Assembly (NCBI GenBank): GCA_032718475.1
Contig: JAUCBJ010004350.1
Location: 94,928 to 158,927 of the forward strand
Direction of reading: 5' to 3'
DNA length: 64,000 bases
Source: Nemertoderma westbladi
Taxonomy: Eukaryota; Animalia; Xenacoelomorpha
Position 1 is the stretch's first letter; every line of letters starts with the position of its first letter. This document shows, in pieces, positions 10,537-22,285 of the stretch. The translations under genes were made by a program, and so were the position numbers. A model generated the notes under the pieces. That model saw only the letters and a program-made list of their open reading frames with translations, was not told where the DNA came from and did no database searches.

Positions 10537-13090
10537 GCGAGTGGTAGCGGCATACGGCCGCAGCAGGCGGAATCGGCAGGCGGCCGTGGCGGGTGGTAGT
10601 AGCGTGTGGTAGCGGCATACGGCCGCAGCAGGCGGAATCGGCAGGCGGCTGTGGCGGGTGGTAGTAGCGAGTGGTAGCGGCATACGGCCGCAGCAGGCGG
10701 CCGTGGCGGGTGGTAGTAGCGAGTGGTAGCGGCATACGGCCGCAGCAGGCGGAATCGGCAGGCGGCCGTGGCGGGTGGTAGTAGCGAGTGGTAGCGGCAT
10801 ACGGCCGCAGCAGGCGGAATCGGCAGGCGGCCGTGGCGGGTGGTAGTAGCGAGTGGTAGCGGCATACGGCCGCAGCAGGCGGCCGTGGCGGGTGGTAGTA
10901 GCGAGTGGTAGCGGCATACGGCCGCAGCAGGCGGCCGTGGCGGGTGGTAGTAGCGAGTGGTAGCGGCATACGGCCGCAGCAGGCGGAATCGGCAGGCGGC
11001 CGTGGCGGGTGGTAGTAGCGAGTGGTAGCGGCATACGGCCTCAGCAGGCGGATTTGGCAGGCGGCCGTGGCGGGTGGTAGTAGCGAGTGGTTGCGGCATA
11101 CGGCCGCAGCAGGCGGAATCGGCAGGCGGCCGTGGCGGGTGGTAGTAGCGAGTGGTAGCGGCATACGGCCGCAGCAGGCGGCCGTGGCGGGTGGTAGTAG
11201 CGAGTGGTTGCGGCATACGGCCGCAGCAGGTGGAATCGGCAGGCGGCCGTGGCGGGTGGTAGTAGCGAGTGGTAGCGGCATACGGCCGCAGCAGGCGGAA
11301 TCGGCAGGCGGCCGTGGCGGGTGGTAGTAGCGAGTGGTAGCGACATACGGCCGCAGCAGGCGGCCGTGGCGGGTGGTAGTAGCGAGTGGTTGCGGCATGC
11401 GGCCGCAGCAGGCGGAATCGGCTGGCGAGTGGTAGTAGCGAGTGGTAGCGGCATACGGCCGCAGCAGGCGGCCGTGGCGGGTGGTAGTAGCGAGTGGTTG
11501 CGGCATACGGCCGCAGCAGGCGGAATCGGCAGGCGGCCGTGGCGGGTGGTAGTGGCGAGTGGTAGCGGCATACGGCCGCAGCAGGCGGAATCGGCAGGCG
11601 GCCGTGGCGGGTGGTAGTAGCGAGTGGTAGCGGCATACGGCCGCAGCCGGCGGAATCGGCAGGCGGCCGTGGCGGGTGGTAGTAGCGAGTGGTAGCGGTA
11701 TTCGGCCGCAGCAGGCGGAATCGGCAGGCGGCCGTGGCGGGTGGTAGTAGCGAGTGGTTGCGGCATACGGCCGCAGCAGGCGGAATCGGCAGGCGGCCGT
11801 GGCGGGTGGTAGTAGCGAGTGGTTGCGGCATACGGCCGCAGCAGGCGGAATTGGCAGGCGGCCGTGGCGGGTGGTAGTAGCGAGTGGTAGCGGCATACGG
11901 CCGCAGCAGGCGGAATCGGCAGGCGGCCGTGGCGGGTGGTAGTAGCGAGTGGTAGCGGCATACGGCCGCAGCAGGCGGAATCGGCAGGCGGCCGTGGCGT
12001 GTGGTAGTAGCGAGTGGTAGCGGCATACGGCCGCAGCAGGCGGCCGTGGCGGGTGGTAGTAGCGAGTGGTAGCGGCATACGGCCGCAGCAGGCGGCCGTG
12101 GCGGGTGGTAGTAGCGAGTGGTAGCGGCATACGGCCGCAGCAGGCGGAATCGGCAGGCGGCCGTGGCGGGTGGTAGTAGCGAGTGGTAGCGGCATACGGC
12201 CGCAGCAGGCGGCCGTGGCGGGTGGTAGTAGCGAGTGGTTGCGGCATACGGCCGCAGCAGGCGGAATCGGCAGGCGGCCGTGGCGGGTGGTAGTAGCGAG
12301 TGGTAGCGGCATACGGCCACAGCAGGCGGCCGTGGCGGGTGGTAGTAGCGAGTGGTTGCGGCATACGGCCGCAGCAGGCGGAATCGGCAGGCGGCCGTGG
12401 CGGGTGGTAGTAGCGAGTGGTAGCGGCATATGGCCGCAGCAGGCGGCCGTGGCGGGTGGTAGTAGCGAGTGGTTGCGGCATACGGCCACAGCAGGCGGAA
12501 TCGGCAGGCGGCCGTGGCGGGTGGTAGTAGCGAGTGGTAGCGGCATACGGCCGCAGCAGGCGGCCGTGGCGGGGGGTAGTAGCGAGTGGTAGCGGCCTAC
12601 GGCCGCAGCAGGCGGAATCGCCAGGCGGCCGTGGCGGGTGGTAGCGGCGAGTGGTAGCGGCATACGGCCGCAGCAGGCGGAATCGGCAGGCGGCCGTGGC
12701 GGGTGGTAGTAGCGAGTGGTAGCGGCATACGGCCGCAGCAGGCGGAATCGGTCGGCGGCCGTGGCGGGTGGTAGTAGCGAGTGGTAGCGGCATACGGCCG
12801 CAGCAGGCGGAATCGGCAGGCGGCCGTGGCGGGTGGTAGTAGCGAGTGGTAGCGGCATACGGCCGCAGCAGGCGGAATCGTCAGGCGGCCGTGGCGGGTG
12901 GTAGTAGCGAGTGGTAGCGGCATACGGCCGCAGCAGGCGGCCGTGGCGGGTGGTAGTAGCGAGTGGTTGCAGCATACGGCCGCAACAGGCGGAATCGGCA
13001 GGCGGCCGTGGCGGGTGGTAGTAGCGAGTGGTAGCGGCATACGGCCGCAGCAGGCGGCCGTGGCGGGTGGTAGTAGCGAGTGGTAGCGGC
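10537..13090. repeat. GC-rich minisatellite with 65-bp and 51-bp unit variants
   Basis: GCGAGTGGTAGCGGCATACGGCCGCAGCAGGCG[GAATCGGCAGGCG]GCCGTGGCGGGTGGTAGTA in tandem; G-rich + strand. Confidence 0.96.
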
Positions 13091-13513
13091 TACTTTTGGT
13101 ATGCTACCGAGATCACCCTCACCCGCCCCAATATTTTTCCATAAATATTGTTTGAAAGTTGTAACACAAGCTGTTTTTAACTTTTTAATTTTACTCGATT
13201 ATTTAATACGAATTATTTTGTCATCTTAGCTTTTACTAATCGAATTCTAATAAGTTATTTTAAATATTTAAAGGCAAAATCAGTCTAACATAGCCATTGT
13301 GTTGAACAAGACGTGTTTCAAAATTCAGGCTATATTTTAAAGAATGGCCTTAGAGGCCATAATTGACACTAAATAGCCAACATTTCTTCCCTTCATGCAA
13401 TCTGATCAAATCCTTTTTATTTGTGAAAAACTCATAGGCTGCTCGCTGACGGCGCTCGCCGCTCAATAACTAAAAGGGCTGCGATCTGCAGCGACGAGCG
13501 GCACCGGCTATTT

Positions 13514-14532
13514 GTGGTGTATCAACAACCAGAGAGAATAATGTGTTCTATCTTGTAAAAGTGGTCGCTCTCCACTACTGTGGTGTATCAACAACCAGAG
13601 AGAATAATGTGTTCTATCTTGTAAAAGTGGCCGCTCTCCACTACTGTGGTGTATCAACAACCAGAGAGAATAATGTGTTCTATCTTGTAAAAGTGGCCGC
13701 CCTCCACTACTGTGGTGTATCAACAACCAGAGAGAATAATGTGTTCTATCTTGTAAAAGTGGCAGCTCTCCACTACTGTAGTGTATCAACAACCAGAGAG
13801 AATAATGTGTTCTATCTTGTAAAAGTGGCCGCCCTCCACTACTGTGGTGTATCAACAACCAGAGAGAATAATGTGTTCTATCTTGTAAAAGTGGCCGCTC
13901 TCCACTACTAACTGTGGTGTATCAACAACCAGAGAGAATAATGTGTTCTATCTTGTAAAAGTGGCCGCTCTCCACTACTAACTGTGGTGTATCAACAACC
14001 AGAGAGAATAATGTGTTCTATCTTGTAAAAGTGGCCGCTCTCCACTACTAACTGTGGTGTATCAACAACCAGAGAGAATAATGTGTTCTATCTTGTAAAA
14101 GTGGCCGCTCTCCACTACTAACTGTGGTGTATCAACAACCAGAGAGAATAATGTGTTCTATCTTGTAAAAGTGGCCGCTCTCCACTACTGTGGTGTATCA
14201 ACAACCAGAGAGAATAATGTGTTCTATCTTGTAAAAGTGGCCGCTCTCCACTACTGTGGTGTATCAACAACCAGAGAGAATAATGTGTTCTATCTTGTAA
14301 AAGTGGCCGCTCTCCACTACTAACTGTGGTGTATCAACAACCAGAGATAATAATGTGTTCTATCTTGTAAAAGTGGCCGCTCTCCACTACTGTGGTGTAT
14401 CAACAACCAGAGAGAATAATGTGTTCTATCTTGTAAAAGTGGCCGCTCTCCACTACTAACTGTGGTGTATCAACAACCAGAGAGAATAATGTGTTCTATC
14501 TTGTAAAAGTGGTCGCTCTCCACTACTGTGGT
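13514..14532. repeat. 66-bp satellite, left segment (70-bp variant with extra TAAC)
   Basis: GTGGTGTATCAACAACCAGAGAGAATAATGTGTTCTATCTTGTAAAAGTGGCCGCTCTCCACTACT in tandem, interrupted by the LTR element. Confidence 0.97.
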
Positions 14533-14661
14533 TATAGAATTATATTCCCTAAATGCCGTGGATTTTCAAAATTTTATTTTATTCGAATTAACTTTGCTAA
14601 AAGATTACATTGAGTCCTCATTTGTATTTGCTATTCCTATTTGAACGATGATTAGTCAAGT

Positions 14662-14746
14662 GGTTCAGTAGCTCAGTCGGTAGAGCGTTGGAAATTATAT
14701 GTAGTGTGTATTGAGTTCGAATCCTAGTAGGTGCGAATTATTTTTT
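14662..14746 (+). other. tRNA-like Pol III promoter module inside the LTR (copy at about 29225-29309)
   Basis: D-arm/A box TAGCTCAGTCGGTAGAGC, B box GTTCGAATCC and a T6 run. Acceptor and anticodon stems do not pair, so it is not a functional tRNA. Confidence 0.6.
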
Positions 14747-14953
14747 GTGCAGAATTTCAACTCATTTAAATTGACCGCTACAAATTAATTGCATTTTGCT
14801 CGAAGTAAGATTAACCAATGAGACTGTAGTTATTAGATTGTAACCAATGTCGTACAAGTTATATATTTGCTGGACCAATAGCTATCTTTAAAAACCTGTT
14901 AGAACCTATAGAACAATCGAGAATTTTCTCGATTGATTGCAGCACAAATTTGC

Positions 14954-15089
14954 TATATAAAGGTGCGATTTGTTCATTAGTTATCTTACACAATATATCT
15001 ATCGTATCTATCTTTCATTCTTTCTCAGTTACATTATTTCAGATTACATTGTTTATTGTATAATAGTTATTGTTTGATTTTGTAATAAA
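14954..15089 (+). promoter_or_regulatory. Probable LTR TATA box (14954-14961) and poly(A) signal (15084-15089) bracketing R
   Basis: TATATAAA followed about 24 nt later by an Inr-like TTAGTT, then AATAAA. This is the order expected for U3-R-U5. Confidence 0.5.
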
Positions 15090-16445
15090 AGTTAGAAATA
15101 CTTGTCACATCTGCCCTTTTCTATCTGTTTTATCATGCTTCACCACGGTGAACTCAACTGAGGGACAGGATGGCTGGCTAGACATCGGGCCGCAGCAATG
15201 AACGGGAACATCTAGGGAATGTAGACAGGAGACAACCCGCAATATCATCTTAGTTATTCGCCCATCGCCTGAAAGGTTAGACAGCGTTCGATGCCTTGCT
15301 ACCTAAGTGTAAGACCAAAGATCAAAGGTAGAGGTAGTGACACGCTGTACGCCTAAAAATTACATCTAGGGATTGTACTGTTTTAATTCAGGAAAAAACC
15401 GCAGTAGACCTTCATATTCCTACGGGGGGAGAGCAGGCAGAGATACTAGTACGCAGATAGGACGTAGGCACACCGGTACAAAGCATACACATTGGTAGGG
15501 TGCAGCAAACTGTATGCCTAACTCTTGCTAAGTACAGGTGCGTCTGCGACTATTTGTAGTACAACGGTGTCCATTGCATTAGAACTTGTAGGCTAGGAGG
15601 GTTACTGTGTTTCACCTGAATTAGGATTGTACCGTTCAGGCGGTAGGGCAGTTTACGACTAGGCGCAAATAAATTGAGGCTAATTAGGGATACTAACATC
15701 TACCGTGTCCCCGCCGACATCCTGATAGGAAGTTACCAAGCCCACCTAGGTAACCAAAATTCTAGATAGGACGCCAGGCTAGCTATTAGTAACCGTACGC
15801 CTACTGTAGTAAACTAACACATTTCTTCTTAGTATTAGGGACCTGGTAAATTAAAATTGCCGAATTCTGGGCGTAGCATTAACCTTATGCCTGAATTTGA
15901 GTCCTGGAAATACGCAAGAGGGGAAGGAACCTTATTATTCGTGAGTATTGGACCTACAAGTTACAAAATTAGAATATTTGTAAAATGCACACCGTACCCA
16001 GTAATTATATATATGAAGGAGCAAAACTGATCTTGACGGTTCAGAATTAACACGCGCGCGTTAGAAATTATTTACACCTCAAAATATATAAAATTAACTT
16101 TTGTCCGTACTGCACTTTGCCCGCTAGTTAGACATCTCCAAATCTCTGCACCTCTAGCTAGCGTCTCTTTCGCCCAACCATATAAATCACACCGCGGCAA
16201 AGTATACGAGCCCCTTAGTCCGTCAGTGAGTCAGCCTGATTTTAGAATTCGCTGCGCGGGATTTTGTTTTATCGAAGTTTGTCTGCTCGTAGACTGTTTT
16301 CTGCCTCACCGGTTATAAGGGACCAATACTGCAATATATTCGCTTACTTGGAGTTTACTGTTTTGGTGAGAAGGTCGGATTTATGATTTGATTCACAAAC
16401 TTTACAGTAAGATATTGCAGGTATTGTTACTGTCTCTTCGAATTA

Positions 16446-16456
16446 GTAGGAATATG
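16446..16456 (+). promoter_or_regulatory. Non-tRNA primer-binding-site candidate GTAGGAATATG
   Basis: Immediately follows the 5' LTR, lacks TGG, and is the exact reverse complement of LTR sequence CATATTCCTAC at 15413-15423. Confidence 0.6.
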
Positions 16457-17256
16457 TTTTACTGAACTACGGTTCGGTAGGACTAAAGTTATTTGAAAAT
16501 TTTGTATTTTGAGGTAAAAGTTTATATTTGATTAGCTAAGTGCTAATATTTTGAAATAAAATTTGATTTGAACCGCGCGTAAAATATTTTTTGGAATTGA
16601 ATACCGGTATTTTAAAAGGGTTTAAATACCATATTGTACCGGTACAACATTTTTCGTAAAAGTAAAACCTAACTCTTTTGTTTTTCAGGATTCAGAGCTC
16701 ATTTCTAGACTGTAACGAGAGCAAGACCGTGTTTAGCAAGTTTGGGAGATAGATAACTCAACAACTTTGGTTGGGAAAATCGCACTTCGTCCACAACGCT
16801 GGAAACGGAAAGGTTCACGTCCGGTTTGTATCTGGGAATCTGTTTTTCTGGAGAATTATTGGAGTGGGTGAGTTCGAAAAGTTGCATAAATAAGTTAGGC
16901 ATTACCGTATTAGTTAAAATTATTGTGGGTTCCACTGTCTCAAGTATTTATGCATTCCGTACGATTTCTTTGTTTATTGCTGAATTAGTCCGTATTATTG
17001 TATTTAATTTATATTTTGATAACGCATATCGTTATCCGATTTATTTGTTATAAAATTGGCCGCTAGGCTATTTTTATTATATACTTATTCCGTGACATTT
17101 ATTTGTTGTAAAATTGGCCGTTTAGGCTAATTTTATCCATCTGCTATAAAATCGGCCGGTAGGCTAATTTTATATGACCGTAATTAATACCGTTTTATAC
17201 AAATACGGTAAGTTTGATACTTTGACACTCACTTTACTTGACTTACAACTACCGAA

Positions 17257-20200
17257 ATGAGTGACAAACAAGACTATACGAAGAATACACCTACCGACTA
17301 TGACTCATGTGACGGAGATAAGTCAGCAGCGGAAGAACTACAGGGGAAGACTCGCGAGCCTACCGAACCTACACCGTGTGCGTCGCCAGTACATCCAACG
17401 GGAGTACCGGATGCCGTAGTACGAGGCGACGGCAGGACCGAGGACTTTCTAACTGTTCCGCAACCTAGATACAGGGAAACGGACATGGTAAGTTCAGTAG
17501 GAAGCCAGGAGAGTGTGGTTAGAAGCGTCGGAGGATACATGGCGCATATTACCAGGAGTATTGGGGAAGGCCAACGCATATTAGACGAGTTAACCGCTCC
17601 GATGTCTCGATTCGAGTTCTACACCCTCCAGGTTAGAGTACAAAGTAGAGTACATAAGTCCGTAGATAACCTTATCAGTCTACAAGATCTAGCTAGACAG
17701 AGACAGGATATGGACACTCAGCTTAGAATCCTCGAGAAGTTAACGATTGCCAGGGAGAAACTAATTCAGTTTAAGTCGACGATTAGGCAGATACAACAGG
17801 AACAAGCGGACCAGTTGTTAGGTGAGTCAGTTTCGGACGAATTATTGCAACCCGAGGAAGAACAGGAACTGTATAGGCTAGATGGACAATTGAAACACCT
17901 GACGGATCACTTACGCATGTGCGGTGAGGACGTCGGAGATTGGGAAACCGTGCCGGAGGCTACGAGGGAAACTTCACTCGCACAAATCGAACTGGCACCG
18001 GGGACACTAGATCAATCACTGGTGAGTATTCGCAGCGAAATTGGCGAGGTGAGTATGGCTACGTCAGAAATTGCTCGACAACAGCAACTCTACAGACAAC
18101 AACAGGAGATGGAGGAACAAACTCAACTGCTAATGGCACAAGCAGCAGTACAAGAAGAGAAACTACGGGTTGCGAATGTTGCAAGAATCTCTCATCTGCA
18201 AGAACAAGCCGAGTTGGAAGCAGCCGAGATGGAAAGGTTAGAGTTGGACATTGCACAACAAACGGCAGCAGCAGCAGCGGCTGAGTTAGAGCGGCGGTGG
18301 CAGCGGCAGCGGCTGAGTTAGAGCGACAAGCGGTAGCGGCTGAGTTAGAGCGACAAGCGGCGGCGGCAGCGGCAGCGGCTGAGTTAGAGCGACAAGCGGT
18401 AGTTTCAGAAGCGAGAGCCGAGATGAAAAAACGGCAAATAAAGGCTCAATCAGCTATACGACAAGCGGAGTTCGAGGCGCAACAACAACAGACGGAACAA
18501 CGCGAGAAAGAAGTTAAACTTCATTTCGAACTCGGGAAGAAGGCGAGAGAATTAGCCAACGCCAAGGAAGATCTGGATCTACAAGCCCGCGATCGATCGA
18601 TGAGATCTCGAGACGGACATGATTTAGACCAGATGGAGGTAAGGCACCGCCAAATCCAGGAACGAATGAAGGAAGGTTCGATAGGAGCACCTGGACGGGA
18701 ACGACAATTAGTTAAAGACTTATGTCAAAGATTCCCTCAAGTAACTCCTATGTTTGCACCGATTACGACTAAGGAACCTGTTTCAATTGCTGGTGGTAGT
18801 AATATTTCTCCTATCCATGGTGCGACGGAACACAGGTTTGTTATTCCGGACAAGTTTACACCGCCAAGAGCAACGTCATCGCCTATTCCGAAAGTCAAGG
18901 TAAGTAACCCGCCGATTACAGATCGTAGTAGTTTGTTGACCGCACCTGCACCACTGACGACTAAACACAAACAGGTGAGTCCACCTTCGACACCAAAACC
19001 CGCCAGAACATACACGTACCCAATGACTTTTAGGCCTACAAGGCCTTTAGATTCAAATGCTGTCATTCGACCACCGAACCAGTTTACATCGCAATCTACA
19101 ACTTCGAGGAAGACTTGTGAGCCTACCGAACAACGGAGACCAGTGGATACGCGACCGTTTAACCAGTTTACATCGCAATCTACGACTTTGAGGAAGACTT
19201 GTGAGCCTACCGAACAACGGAGACCAGTGGATACGCGACCGTTTAATCAGTTTACATCGCAATCTACGACTTCGAGGAAGACTTGTGAGCCTACCGAACA
19301 ACGGAGACCAGTGGATACGCGACCGTTTAATCAGTTTACATCGCAATCTACAACTTCGAGGAAGACTTGTGAGCCTACCGAACGACGGAAACCAGTAGAC
19401 GATGTTCCGAAACGGAATGTTAGAATTCGAACGACGCAACGGACACGAGCACATCGACCACCGTATCCAGGTGACAGTAGTACTTCAAGCGAGTCGGATT
19501 ACCCGGAACGCGAGGTATTTAGAACAGGAGCGGCCGACGAATGTAAACGTGAGCGTTCAGACAATTCCTTTATCGATAATCCTCCACAAAATACACCAAC
19601 ACAGAAAGCGTTACAACCAACGGACGCAATTAGTACGCAACAACTCGCCGAAATAATGCGCCCAGTTGTAGACAAGTTGGCCCAGATAGAGGAACGTTTA
19701 GAAGAAACTCAAACTGATAGTTCGCGAGGTAACGAGTTCGAACACTCTAGACACCCGAAGCAGCAAAGAAAACAACCCTCGAGAAACACCTCGTATCAAG
19801 GAAAAGCGCCAAGACGAGAGAACATCAACTCGCTTGCCAATCAAGGACGCGAACCTTTGAACGTGGCCGAGGAGATAGCGAAATTCGCAGCGAGACAAGG
19901 TTTGCCGGTACAACAACCACCGAAGTTTTCAGGTAACTCGAAACATTGGCACACCTTTGTGGACTACATCGAAACACAAATAGCAGCGTGCGCCTTTACA
20001 TCGAGGGAGAAATTCAACTACCTGCTACAAACGCTGACGGGAGAACCGAAACGTCTAGCGGAAACCTTTGTCGGTGTACCAGATGCCTTCGAACTAGCGT
20101 ATGATCGCTTAACTTCGATTTACGGAGGCACGGTGAGTATGGCTAAGTCAGTGATAGAAGAACTCTGTAAGGGGGGGGGGGGGCTATAACAAAACCCGTT

Positions 20201-22285
20201 GACTTACTAAAATTAGCTGAAGAGATTAAGAACGCCATTACTACACTACGCTCGATTGGACAACTTGACTACGCGAACACTCCGACAGTTCTATTAAAAA
20301 TAATAGGAAGATTACACCATCGACTTCGTCGGGAGTGGCGAAAGATAGAATATCAGCGAGAAGAGAGAGGCGGATTCTTGAAGTTGGAAGACGTCTACTT
20401 ACTGATATCCAGAGAGGCAGTCGTTGAGACGCGTTCGAACTACACGGACCAACATATCGTGGCGGAGGGGATAACATTACCATCCTCGAACCGACAAAAC
20501 CCCCAAACAACATCCACCAAGATGGTTACTTACGCCACATCGACCGACACCCCACAATTTTCGGACAATAATAAGGTATCTGCACCAATTGGAACCAAAC
20601 AGATCCGACAGCAACTGACCACAGACTTTAGCGGGTGCCAATATTGCGAACGACTAGGTAAACGACATACTGGCCATAAACTGAGAGGTTGTCGACTATT
20701 CCGCGAATTGAACTCGGAGGAACCACGATTACAAATACAACCATTGGACTCTTGTTGGCGGTGTACGCTACATGGACATGTCCGTAAGGACTGCCCAAAT
20801 ACGGACACCTGTCCTTCTTGTGGACGCAACCACGACGGCTTGCTACATACCGACAGTCATACGCCGACCAAACGCTTCACCAGGGAACACCCGGAAGCTG
20901 CAGCAAGATGCAACACAGCATACAAGGGTCGAGAGTCGAAAACAACACCGACATTCGTGACGCACATTAGAGATTGTTTCTCGGAACAATCAGGGTCGTC
21001 AGACGAAGAGTCGGAAGACGACGACGTTTACTTTGATACTGGAGATGAACAACCATCGATTGCGCTTCTGACGCCTGATCAATTAAAGGGGTTTAGTATA
21101 ATTCCTGTCAAGATTACTGGCACAAAAGGGAGCAAGAGGATCTACGCTATCCTGGATTCAGCTTCATCTCATAGCTACGTGGATGAGAAAGTAGCTGATG
21201 TTGTGACTGATCTCCGACAAGGTAAGAACGTCAGTTACACCGTAAGTAGTATGCATGGACAACGTGCGATACCAGTGACAAGTTCTCCCAAAATCGCAAC
21301 ATAGCGAAAAGGAGAGGTCTTTGCTTCCTTTTAGGGATTTAACCTTTGCGGCCACAAAGGACTTTAGTAACCTACTAGGTCCAGTGCCAGAACAATCCTT
21401 GGAGGACCGTAAGTACTTCAGACACCTTGGTGTACCTGAATGTCCTGTCAATTATAGATCGGTAGCAATGCTGATCGGGACAGACCAATTCAACCTACAT
21501 CAAGTGTGAGAAACCAGACCATCGGCAGTCGTAGCGGGAAACGCATACGCCTGTAGAACGCCGATAGGGTGGTATACTCGAGCGCCTGTGCGCACACTGG
21601 ATATAAGTGACGAGGAAGACGATATACAAAGTACATGTAGTTTATTAACTACAACTTCGACTCATTCCTTTTCACACGACGTAGACTATACTACACTACA
21701 GTCAAGTTCGACAAAACATGACACGACGTGTGTAGCTAGTATGATAAGTCACAAGGAGCAGCTAATCCACCAGCGGAGTTTAGAACTTGAGGAGAAGACG
21801 AGTCAGCCAGAGATTCCATCGACGACAGATGATAACGCCGGAAGGCTTGCGAGTCTACCTACACCAATAACCTCAACAATGCCAGTCGATATCGATGATG
21901 ACGCGTTAAGAAATCATCAAGTGGAACAAGCTGCATTGGACAAAGAATTAACGGAGAAGACTATCAGGTGGTTAGAACAAGATACAGCCGAACCTGGTAG
22001 CTACGAACCATGTATGTCGGAACAAGAGAAACAATCTTTGAAGATCATGGAAGATACTATCCGCCAGACGAAAGACGGACATTATGAGGTAGGGATGCTA
22101 TGGCGTAACCAACGTCCTAAACTCATAAATAACTATCCGCTAGCCTTAAGACGTTTACACTCAATACGACAACGTCTATTAAAGGACGAGAAAGCCCATC
22201 TGCAGTATAATACTCAGATGGAGACGTATTTAACGAAGGGATACGCTATCAGAATGACTAACCCAGAGATAGTGACTGACCAGAC
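17257..22285 (+). pseudogene. BEL/Pao gag-protease region, disrupted by frameshifts and a stop
   Basis: Coiled-coil N-terminus; PPKFSGNSKHW...EKFNYL...LTGEP (DUF1759-type gag); three BEL Cys/His knuckles (CQYC, CWRCTLHGHVRKDC, CPSCGRNHDGLLH); protease YAILDSASSHSYV. Breaks near 18297, at the G13 run 20171-20183, about 21300, TGA 21507 and about 22286. Confidence 0.88.
19076..19400 (+). repeat. 84-bp in-frame tandem repeat (about 4 copies) in gag
   Basis: NQFTSQSTTSRKTCEPTEQRRPVDTRPF repeated. Each unit holds the dispersed hairpin motif. Confidence 0.9.

Larger units (their letters stand above)
14533..16445 (+). repeat. 5' LTR (1913 bp, TATAG...AATTA)
   Basis: Matches 29096-31005 except for about 7 substitutions and 2 small indels seen by eye. 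Confidence 0.93.

Noticed and set aside
10430-13086. Pro/Ala/Arg/Cys-rich ORFs of 600-790 aa
   Set aside because: Translations of a GC-rich minisatellite that is open in several frames.
15648-15665. GCAGTTTACGACTAGG resembling the group I intron R element
   Set aside because: No suitably placed S element or P7 partner was found, so the match is insufficient.
16364-16383. TGGTGAGAAGGTCGGATTT as a tRNA PBS
   Set aside because: It lies inside both LTRs about 80 nt before the TSD-defined end, and I cannot match it to a specific tRNA.
20171-20183. G13 run as a programmed frameshift
   Set aside because: It falls inside gag, and BEL gag-pol is normally one ORF. Homopolymer slippage or sequencing error is more likely.
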